From an uncultured Myxococcaceae bacterium (GTDB taxonomy: Bacteria > Myxococcota_A > Polyangia > Polyangiales > Ga0077539), in NCBI GenBank assembly GCA_966211675.1, contig CBIHPK010000001.1, positions 27,814-91,813 on the forward strand: 64,000 nucleotides of DNA, written 5' to 3'. Position numbers and translations under genes: made by a program. Below, piece after piece: positions 21,053 through 28,707 of this stretch. Numbering within the stretch: the stretch's first letter is position 1; every line of letters begins with the position of its first letter. The notes beneath the pieces are model-generated. The model was given only the letters and a program-made list of their open reading frames with translations, ran no database searches and was not told where the DNA came from.

Positions 21053-22129
21053 ATGGCGCGCGCAGAGTCATTGGTGCGGCGGCTCCCGAGGGCGGTGCTC
21101 CATGGCGCCCGGCGCGTGGCGTGGGCCTTCATGCGACCGCCGCGGAGGCTGCGCTTCACCCGCGAGGGCAAGGTCTTCATCGGCATCACCTTCGGCGTCG
21201 GCTTCGCGGCGGTGAACACCGGCAACAACCTGCTCTACCTGGTGCTGGGGCTGCTGCTGTCGCTGGTGATCCTGAGCGGGGTGCTGTCGGAGATCGCGCT
21301 TCGGGGGCTGGAGTTTCGCCGTCGCCTGCCGCGCCGGGCCTACGCCGGGACGCCCGCCCTGGTGGAGATCGAGGTCTTCAACCAGAAGCGCTACGCGCCG
21401 AGCTACTCCATCGAGGTCGAAGACCGGCTGGACAGCCGCCGCACGGACAAGCGCTGCTACTTCCTCAAGGTGAGCGCCGGGGCGAGGCAGACGGCGGCCT
21501 ACCGGCGGGTCGCTCCGGTGCGGGGCACCGAGCGGTACCTCGCGCTGCGGGTGGCGACGCGCTTCCCCTTCGGGCTCTTCGAGAAGTGGCGAGAGATCGA
21601 GATGCGAGAGGAGCAGCTGGTCTACCCGTCGCCGCTGCGGTCGCGCTCGGAGCGCACGCCCACGGTGGTCGCGGGCGAGCAGGTCACGCGCGAGGAGCGG
21701 GGGCACGGCGAGGTCGACGGCGTGCGAGAGCTGGGGGACGGCGACCCGGTGCGGGACATCCACTGGGCCAAGACCGCCGCGGCGGGCAAGCTGGTGGCGA
21801 GGGAGCGACGGCAGGAGGGGGCGCGCGCGGTGCGCATCGAGGTGGCCAACCGGGTGTCCGATGGGAGCGCCGAGGCGTCGCAGCGCAGGGCGTCGCTCTT
21901 GCGGGTGGAGGACGAGATCCGGCGCGCGGCGGGGGCGGCGCTGGACGCGCTGAAGGGTGGGGCCTCGGTGCAGCTCGTGGCGCAGGTGGCGCCCATCGAG
22001 GGCACGGGCACCCTCTACGCGCGGCCCTCGTCGGGGGCGGCCGACCGGGTGCTGTCCTTCCTGGCGAGGCTGCCGCCGGAGCCGATGCTGCCCGAGGAGC
22101 CGGAGGCCGATGCTCGGCGGAAGGTGTAG
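21053..22129 (+). CDS. DUF58-domain protein (the type usually associated with MoxR/vWA systems)
   Basis: Two N-terminal TM helices (FIGITFGVGFAAVNTGNNLLYLVLGLLLSLVILSG) and GDPVRDIHWAKTA, the typical DUF58 core motif. The track ORF begins at a TTG 3 nt upstream. Confidence 0.85.
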   Translation: MARAESLVRRLPRAVLHGARRVAWAFMRPPRRLRFTREGKVFIGITFGVGFAAVNTGNNLLYLVLGLLLSLVILSGVLSEIALRGLEFRRRLPRRAYAGTPALVEIEVFNQKRYAPSYSIEVEDRLDSRRTDKRCYFLKVSAGARQTAAYRRVAPVRGTERYLALRVATRFPFGLFEKWREIEMREEQLVYPSPLRSRSERTPTVVAGEQVTREERGHGEVDGVRELGDGDPVRDIHWAKTAAAGKLVARERRQEGARAVRIEVANRVSDGSAEASQRRASLLRVEDEIRRAAGAALDALKGGASVQLVAQVAPIEGTGTLYARPSSGAADRVLSFLARLPPEPMLPEEPEADARRKV

Positions 22130-22135
22130 GCCCGC

Positions 22136-24334
22136 GTGAGGTTCTCGCAGGTCCATAAGTTCGCGGTGTTCACGCTGGCGGCGCTGGGGCTCGTGGCCCT
22201 CGGGGCGGGCGGCGAGATGCCCCTGCTCAGCCTCGGGCTCACCGCCGTGGGCGTGTTCGCCAGCTGGTTCGTCGAGGGCGACCTCCTGCACTCCGAGCGC
22301 TATGCCCGCGCCTGGAACATCGCCCTCGTCCTCGCCCTCGCCGTGCAGGCCTCGCGCGCGATCTTCTTCGGCGCCGAGGCGCTGCTGACCATCGTGGAGT
22401 TCGCCGCGCTGCTCCAGGTCAACCGCCTCGCCAGCCGGCGCACGGCGCGCGACTACCAGCAGATCACCCTGCTGGCGATCCTGCAGCTCATCGCGGCGAC
22501 GGTGCTCGGCGGCGGGCTCTCCTACGCGCTCTGCTTCGTGGGCTTCGTCATCGCGACCCCGTGGGCGATGACCCTCGGACACCTCCGCCGCGAGATCGAG
22601 GGCAACTACCTCGCCGACGCGCGCGCGGGCCGGGCGGGCGTCCCCATCGACGTGGCGCGCATCCTCCGCTCCCGCCGCGTGGTGGGCGCCGGGCTGCTGG
22701 TCGGCTCGTCCGTGCTGGCGGTGCCGATCTTCCTGCTCACGGCCGTGATCTTCGTGCTGTTTCCGCGCATCGGCCTCGGCATCCTGACGGTGCGCTCTCG
22801 CGCCGACACCGTGATGGCGGGCTTCGGCAACAGCGTCGACCTGAGCGGCCACGGGACCATCCGCACCGACCAGACCATCGTGCTGCGGGTGCAGCCGCCC
22901 GACCTGCCGGAGAACCCTCCGCCGGTGCGCACCTTCCGCCTGCGCGGGACGACCTTCGACACCTACAACAACAACTCCTGGTCGCGCCGTCCCAACGTCG
23001 GCGGGGACCATCAGCGCATCGACCGCGAGGGCACGCTCTACTCGCTCACCCGCATGCCCGATCCCGCCCGCGACGTGGCCGTGCGCATCGTCCTCGACCC
23101 GCTCGAGCCCCCGGTGGTGCCGGTGCTGGAGGGGACCGTGGGCTTCCGCATCGACGCGCGCTTCGAGGGGGGCTTCCCCCGCTACGCCGACCTCACCATC
23201 GACCACGACGACGGCGTCCGGTACAGCAGCAACGACGGCATCGGGCTGGTGTACACGACCTTCCTGGGCCACGGTCCGGCGCGGCCGCCGGGGCACCGCC
23301 GCGTCGACGAGCGGCGCGACGGCGTCGCCAGCCGCTACGTGCAGCTCCCAGGCGACATTTCGCCCCGGGTGCGCGAGCTCACCCAGCGGGTGATCGGCTC
23401 GGAGACCACCGTCCTCGGGCGGGCTCGCGCCGTCGAGCGCTACCTCTCCCGCTGGCGCTACACCCTGGAGCTGGTGAGCGGCAGCGCGCCGAGGCCCCTC
23501 GAGGACTTCCTCTTCCGCACGCACGCGGGGCACTGCGAGTACTTCTCCACGGCCATGGCCGTGATGCTCCGCACGGTGGGCATCCCCACGCGCAACGTCA
23601 CCGGCTTCCTCGGCGGGACCTTCAACCGCTACGGACGCTTCTACGCGGTGCGCCAGGGCGACGCGCACAGCTGGGTCGAGGTCTGGGACGCGACCGAGGG
23701 CTGGGTGACCTTCGACCCGACGCCCCCGGCGGGCGAGGCGCCGGTGGTGCGCACCGGGATCCTCGCGGAGACCGACGCCGCGATCGAGGCCCTGCGGATG
23801 CGCTGGCGCTTCTACGTGGTGGACTTCGACCTCGGGATGCAGGCGCAGATCGCCCGCAAGGTGTGGCGCTTCTTCGAGCAGCGACGACGGCACGACACGC
23901 TATCCGGTCGGGTGCTCGACCGGGGGCGCACGTCCGTCGCCGCGCCGCCGGTCCCGTGGCGGGGCGTCGCGGGCTTCGTGCTGGGCGCTCTGACCCTCGG
24001 GGCCCTCGCGTGGCAGATCAACGCGTGGCGGCGCAGCGGCCGTGGTGCCCATGGACCCGCGGCCACCGCGGCGGTGAAGGCGGCGCAGGAGCTCGCCCGG
24101 GCCCTCGACGCGGCGCTGGTGGCGAGGGGCGTCGCGCGTCCGGCCAACCGCACGCCGCTCGCGTGGGCGCAGGAGCTCACCCGCCGCAAGGAGGCGATGG
24201 CCCCGCTGGCGACGAGGGTGTCCGAGCGGTACACGGCCGCGCGCTTCGGCGCCGAGCCGATCAGCCGTGAGGAGCTCGATGCCCTGAAGGCGGAGCTCAG
24301 GTCGGCGGCGCAGGCTCCGCCGGCTTCAGGGTGA
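22136..24334 (+). CDS. TgpA-like transglutaminase membrane protein (DUF3488 N-terminus plus transglutaminase core)
   Basis: GTG start. Multi-TM N-terminus. Core motif GHCEYFSTAMAVMLRTVGIPTRNVTGF...DAHSWVEVW supplies the Cys-His-Asp transglutaminase triad context. A late TM segment follows. Confidence 0.85.
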   Translation: MRFSQVHKFAVFTLAALGLVALGAGGEMPLLSLGLTAVGVFASWFVEGDLLHSERYARAWNIALVLALAVQASRAIFFGAEALLTIVEFAALLQVNRLASRRTARDYQQITLLAILQLIAATVLGGGLSYALCFVGFVIATPWAMTLGHLRREIEGNYLADARAGRAGVPIDVARILRSRRVVGAGLLVGSSVLAVPIFLLTAVIFVLFPRIGLGILTVRSRADTVMAGFGNSVDLSGHGTIRTDQTIVLRVQPPDLPENPPPVRTFRLRGTTFDTYNNNSWSRRPNVGGDHQRIDREGTLYSLTRMPDPARDVAVRIVLDPLEPPVVPVLEGTVGFRIDARFEGGFPRYADLTIDHDDGVRYSSNDGIGLVYTTFLGHGPARPPGHRRVDERRDGVASRYVQLPGDISPRVRELTQRVIGSETTVLGRARAVERYLSRWRYTLELVSGSAPRPLEDFLFRTHAGHCEYFSTAMAVMLRTVGIPTRNVTGFLGGTFNRYGRFYAVRQGDAHSWVEVWDATEGWVTFDPTPPAGEAPVVRTGILAETDAAIEALRMRWRFYVVDFDLGMQAQIARKVWRFFEQRRRHDTLSGRVLDRGRTSVAAPPVPWRGVAGFVLGALTLGALAWQINAWRRSGRGAHGPAATAAVKAAQELARALDAALVARGVARPANRTPLAWAQELTRRKEAMAPLATRVSERYTAARFGAEPISREELDALKAELRSAAQAPPASG

Positions 24335-24755
24335 CGGGCCCGTCGGCGAGGGCGGCCTCGATGCCGGCGAGGGGCTGGCGGAGCAGCAGCGCGACGATGG
24401 TGCCGAGCTGCGGGCGCTCGACGAAGGCTCGCCAGGTGTCCTCCGTGGTGACCACGGCGAGGTAGCCGGAGACGAGGTCGGTGTCGACGCGCACCAGGGT
24501 CCCGGCCGTGGCGATGCGCTCGATGGAGGGGGCCTCGCGGGCGGTCGCCTCGCGCCAGTGGCGGGAGGCCTCGGCGATGCGGACGGCGGCGGCCTCCGGG
24601 GGCTCCGAGAAGAGCGCGGCGAGCAGCGGGTCGAGGGGCTTCGGTCGCCGGGTCGGGGAGGCGTCGGACTCGGCGGCGAGGTCGGTGGCGAGCTCGATGT
24701 CGGCCGCGTCGAGCGCGTCGAGGAGGGCGGGGTCTTCGAGGGGGTCGCGGTTCAT
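24297..24755 (-). CDS. Hypothetical small acidic protein (152 aa)
   Basis: Terminal part of track ORF 24297..26894, starting MNRDPLEDPALLDALDAADIE with ordinary composition. The 3' end overlaps the TgpA 3' end by 38 nt in convergent orientation. Confidence 0.5.
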   Translation of the reverse strand: MNRDPLEDPALLDALDAADIELATDLAAESDASPTRRPKPLDPLLAALFSEPPEAAAVRIAEASRHWREATAREAPSIERIATAGTLVRVDTDLVSGYLAVVTTEDTWRAFVERPQLGTIVALLLRQPLAGIEAALADGPVTLKPAEPAPPT

Positions 24756-24842
24756 GGCAGCGGTGGGGCGGAGATCTAGCACGGAGAGCCGGAACGACGG
24801 GATCGCAGCGGGTGCGAGAGCTGCTGCAACGAATCCGCATCG

Positions 24843-26552
24843 GTGATACACGGGCCTAGCGTGGGCAACGGGAGGCTGGAGCCGGGAAACCTGATCGCCG
24901 ATGAATTCATCGTCGGCGAGGCGCTGCGCGTCGGGCCGTTCAGCACGGTCTACCGGGCGGTGCGACGGAGCACCGGGCAGCGCTGCGTGGTGGCGGTGCT
25001 CTCTCCGGCGCTGGGCGACGTCGCGACGAGGGAGCGCCTCGCCTCGCTGGCCCTCGAGGGCCCGTCCATCGGGAGCGATCACGTGCCGGAGGTGCTCGAC
25101 GCGGGCGTCGATCCTGGGACAGGCGCGGTGTGGCTGTCGACTGGCGACCTCGAGGGCGAAGGGCTCCCGGCGGTGCTGGCGAAGACCGGTCCGCTGCCCC
25201 TCGCGGTGGTCTCGACGCTGATGCGACAGCTCTTCGACGCCGTGGCGAGCGCCCACGAGGTGGGGGTGACGCACGGCGCCCTGTGCCCCGACGACCTCAT
25301 CGTCGCGCCCGCCTCGAGGGCGAAGGACGAGTGGCGGTTGAGCGTGCTGGGCTTCGGCGTGGGGCGCGGCCAGTCGGAGCTTCGATGGCAGGAGGGCCAT
25401 CGCGAGGACGACCGCGCGACGCTCCGCTCGGCGGACGTGAGGGCCCTCGGGGTGCTGGCCTTCGCGATGCTGTCGGGCGGCCGTGGTGAGGGGGCCGGGG
25501 AGCTCGCTCCGACGGCGCGACTGAAGCAGCTCGGGGTGCCGGAGGCGGGGGCGCTCGGGTGGTTCGACGAGTGGTTCGAGGAGTGCGTCGCCAGCGACCC
25601 GGAGGTGCAGTTTCCCTCGGTGGTGGAGGCCGAGTCCGCGTGGGAGCACGGGGTGGCGGTTCCCTCGCGGTCTGGCCGTGGGCGCTGGGCGCTGGGCGCG
25701 GCGGCGCTGGTGGCCCTCGGGGCGGCGGCGTCGGTGGTCGTGCACCGCGCGGGTCGACCGCCCGGAGCGGGCGCACACTCGGCGGCGCATCGGCCCGTCG
25801 CGACGAGAGCGTGTCCGCCGGGGATGGTGTGGCTGTCGGGGGGGCAGTTCATGATGGGCTCGCGGGACGACCGCGGGGAGTCGGACCAGAGGCCGCGCCA
25901 CGTCGTGAACATCAGAGGGTTCTGCATGGACCGCACGGAGGTCACGGTCGGCGCCTACGGGCGCTACTGGGCGTTGCGGGGTCATCCCCCGGAGCTGGCG
26001 CCGGACGAGGGCTTCAACTGCAACTGGCGTCGGCCCGAGCGGATCGACCACCCGATGAACTGCATCGACTGGCGCTCGGCGCGCGAGTACTGCGAGTGGA
26101 GCGGTCACCCCGGCGGCGCTCGGCGGCTGCCGACGGAGGCGCAGTGGGAGTACGCGGCGCACGGGCAGGAGGGCGGGAGGTACCCGTGGGGCAACGGGGT
26201 GCCGGGCGAGGGGGTGTGCTGGTCGGGGGTCTCGCCGCGGCTCGGCACCTGTCGCGTGGGCGAGTCGGGCCGCGACGTCACCTCGGCGGGCCTCGTCGAC
26301 CTGGGCGGCAACGTCGCCGAGTGGACCGCGGACCTCTACGCCCGCTACGTCGTCGCCGACGCGGCGGTGCGCTTCGACCCCACGGGGCCGGAGTCGACCC
26401 CGGAGGGCTTGAGGGTCTTTCGCGGCGGGACCTGGGCGATCAGCGTCCCGTCGGGCGTGCGCGCGGCGACGAGGGGACGGCACACGGAGACGATGCGCAG
26501 CCGCAGCGTCGGGTGGCGGTGCGCGCGAGGTCCGACCGGCGACGAGCCGTGA
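24843..26552 (+). CDS. Pseudokinase, TM segment, then FGE-sulfatase (SUMF1-like) domain
   Basis: The kinase-like fold is degenerate: VVAVLS in place of VAIK, HGALCPDD (25272-25295) in place of HRDLKPxN, and GFG in place of DFG. TM segment WALGAAALVALGAAASVVV. C-terminal FGE motifs MVWLSGGQFMMGS, RLPTEAQWEYAA, GNVAEWTAD and RVFRGGTW. The GTG start is uncertain (alternative 24861). Confidence 0.85.
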   Translation: MIHGPSVGNGRLEPGNLIADEFIVGEALRVGPFSTVYRAVRRSTGQRCVVAVLSPALGDVATRERLASLALEGPSIGSDHVPEVLDAGVDPGTGAVWLSTGDLEGEGLPAVLAKTGPLPLAVVSTLMRQLFDAVASAHEVGVTHGALCPDDLIVAPASRAKDEWRLSVLGFGVGRGQSELRWQEGHREDDRATLRSADVRALGVLAFAMLSGGRGEGAGELAPTARLKQLGVPEAGALGWFDEWFEECVASDPEVQFPSVVEAESAWEHGVAVPSRSGRGRWALGAAALVALGAAASVVVHRAGRPPGAGAHSAAHRPVATRACPPGMVWLSGGQFMMGSRDDRGESDQRPRHVVNIRGFCMDRTEVTVGAYGRYWALRGHPPELAPDEGFNCNWRRPERIDHPMNCIDWRSAREYCEWSGHPGGARRLPTEAQWEYAAHGQEGGRYPWGNGVPGEGVCWSGVSPRLGTCRVGESGRDVTSAGLVDLGGNVAEWTADLYARYVVADAAVRFDPTGPESTPEGLRVFRGGTWAISVPSGVRAATRGRHTETMRSRSVGWRCARGPTGDEP

Positions 26553-26598
26553 CACCGGTCGGGCGCGGCGACGTATCATTCCGCCGGAGACCCAACAC

Positions 26599-28707
26599 AT
26601 GAACCATCCCACGCTCCCTCTCGTGCTCGGCCTCCTCGCGGCGCAGGGCCTCGGGTGCCAGCGCGATCGCCCCTCGGCCCCGGCCACCCCTCCGGTGCAG
26701 GCCGGTCCCAACGCCCTCGGCCCCGACGGTCGGCCTCGCACCGGGACGCCCGGCACCCCCGCTCGCCCCGCTCGCGTGGGCCTCGCCGTCGGCCTCGTCG
26801 AGGGGCGGATCAAGCCCCCCGACGACAAGCCCAACGACGACGAGGACCGCCACCGGGTGCACCCCGAGTGGTACCCCACGGGCCAGCCGAACAACCCCTA
26901 CCCCGCAGGCACGGTGATCCCGATCGCTCCGCCTCCGCCGGGGCTCTCCATCACCCCGCTGCCCCCGATGCAGCCCATGGGTCAACCGACCATGCAGCCC
27001 ATGGGTCAGCCGTCCATGCAGCCCATCGTCGGCAATGGCGTGACGATGGTTCCGATAGGCCCTTCGGGTCCGAGCCCGACGCCGATGGCCGGCAACGGGG
27101 TGACCATGGTCCCGATGGCGCCGCCGGGTGGGCGACCCTCCGCCCCGACGCCGTCGCCGATGGGTCAGCCACAGGTCCCAATGGGCACCGGGGCCGTCGC
27201 GCAGACCTTCCAGGGGACGCTCGATCCGTCCGCGGAGCGCGACCCGGCCGGGCGCTTCTTCCGGGTGCACCAGGTCTCGCTCCAGCGCGGATCGCGCGTC
27301 GCCGTCACCATGCAGAGCCCTCAGTTCGACACGCTGCTGCGGGTCGAGCCGCCCACCGGGGACGCGGTCGAGAACGACGACGTCACCCGCGAGGACACCA
27401 ACTCCCGCGTCGACTTCACGGCCCCCATCGACGGCCGATACCGCATCGTCGCGACCTCCTACGCCCCGGCCACCGCGGGGGCCTACACCATCCAGGTGAG
27501 CGCCGGAGCGCCGGGGCAGGGGCTCATGGTCACCGGCTCCAACAACAACGCCCCCGACGCGCAGACCGGCCCCGGCGGAACCATCGTCCCCGGCACTCCG
27601 GTCAACGAGTACCTGACCCCGGGCGATCCCTCCTCGGGCGGGCGCTTCGTGCGCGCCTACCGCCTCGAAGGCCGCCAGGGGGACATGGTCACGCTGCGGC
27701 TCAGCTCCACGGGCTTCGACCCCACGCTCGCGCTCATCGCCCCCAACGGACAGCGCTGGAGCAACGACGACACCAGCCCCTCGGACACCAACAGCACCAT
27801 CGCGATGACGCTCCCCGAGGCCGGGAGCTACCGGGTCGAGGTGTCGTCCTACCGACCCGGCGCGACCGGGCCCTTCAGCCTCACGGCGGCCTCGTCGGCC
27901 CGTCCGACGGTGGCCTCCAACGGCGCCCCCGTGGGCAGCGTCGCGGGCCGCGCGGGGCAGGGCAACATGTACGGCGTCTTCGTCGGCATCTCCGACTACG
28001 GCAGCCGCGGCAACCTCTACGGCTGCGCCGACGACGCGCGGCAGCTCGCGCAGGCGTACATCAACGCGCACCTCGGAGCACCGCAGAACTTCGTGGTGCT
28101 CACCGACGCCGAGGCCACCACCTCCGCGGTGGCCCAGGCCTTCCAGACGATGGGGTCGCGCGTCGGTCCCAACGACGTGTTCATGTTCTTCCACTCGGGG
28201 CACGGCAACCGCGCCGAGTCGCACGACACCGCGGCGGACCCTGACGGCTACGTCGAGTCCATCGTGCTGCGCGACGGCGAGATCAACGCGCACCAGATGG
28301 CCACGCTCTTCGACGGGGTGCACGCCGACGTCGACATGCTGGCGCTCGACAGCTGCTACTCCGGGGGCTTCGAGCGCTCCTTCGGCGCGTCGCGCAACCG
28401 CTTCGGGATGTACAGCTCCGAGGAGGACGTGCTCTCCCAGGTGGCCCAGCGCTTCCAGGCGGGGGGCTACCTCTCGTACTTCCTTCGGCGCGGCGTCTCC
28501 GAGGCCGACAACAACCACGACGGCGCCGTGCGAGCGGGCGAGCTCGCGGACTACCTGCACCGCCAGTACGCGCAGAACCTCCAGCAGATGCAGACCCAGG
28601 ACGGCCAGGACGTCGAGACCTGGCAGCACCTGGTGATCAACCGCTCGGGCGTGGCGCTCAACGATCAGCTCTGGCGCTTCCCCCTCGTCAACGCCGTCGC
28701 GCGGTAG
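26599..28707 (+). CDS. Lipoprotein with Pro/Met/Gln-rich linker, two PPC (pre-peptidase C-terminal-like) domains and a C-terminal caspase-like (peptidase C14) domain
   Basis: GGAGA lies 9 nt upstream of the ATG. MNHPTLPLVLGLLAAQGLGC carries a lipobox. Two domains of about 100 aa end in ...GAYTIQVS and ...GPFSLTA. The caspase dyad context is FFHSGHG (His codon at 28201) and LALDSCYSGG (Cys codon at 28354). Confidence 0.85.
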   Translation: MNHPTLPLVLGLLAAQGLGCQRDRPSAPATPPVQAGPNALGPDGRPRTGTPGTPARPARVGLAVGLVEGRIKPPDDKPNDDEDRHRVHPEWYPTGQPNNPYPAGTVIPIAPPPPGLSITPLPPMQPMGQPTMQPMGQPSMQPIVGNGVTMVPIGPSGPSPTPMAGNGVTMVPMAPPGGRPSAPTPSPMGQPQVPMGTGAVAQTFQGTLDPSAERDPAGRFFRVHQVSLQRGSRVAVTMQSPQFDTLLRVEPPTGDAVENDDVTREDTNSRVDFTAPIDGRYRIVATSYAPATAGAYTIQVSAGAPGQGLMVTGSNNNAPDAQTGPGGTIVPGTPVNEYLTPGDPSSGGRFVRAYRLEGRQGDMVTLRLSSTGFDPTLALIAPNGQRWSNDDTSPSDTNSTIAMTLPEAGSYRVEVSSYRPGATGPFSLTAASSARPTVASNGAPVGSVAGRAGQGNMYGVFVGISDYGSRGNLYGCADDARQLAQAYINAHLGAPQNFVVLTDAEATTSAVAQAFQTMGSRVGPNDVFMFFHSGHGNRAESHDTAADPDGYVESIVLRDGEINAHQMATLFDGVHADVDMLALDSCYSGGFERSFGASRNRFGMYSSEEDVLSQVAQRFQAGGYLSYFLRRGVSEADNNHDGAVRAGELADYLHRQYAQNLQQMQTQDGQDVETWQHLVINRSGVALNDQLWRFPLVNAVAR
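26968..27024 (+). repeat. 24-nt tandem coding repeat (about 2.4 copies) encoding MQPMGQP(T/S)
   Basis: atgcagcccatgggtcaaccgacc at 26968-26991, atgcagcccatgggtcagccgtcc at 26992-27015, and a partial atgcagccc at 27016-27024. A second duplicated unit encoding GNGVTMVP follows at about 27031-27120. Confidence 0.8.
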
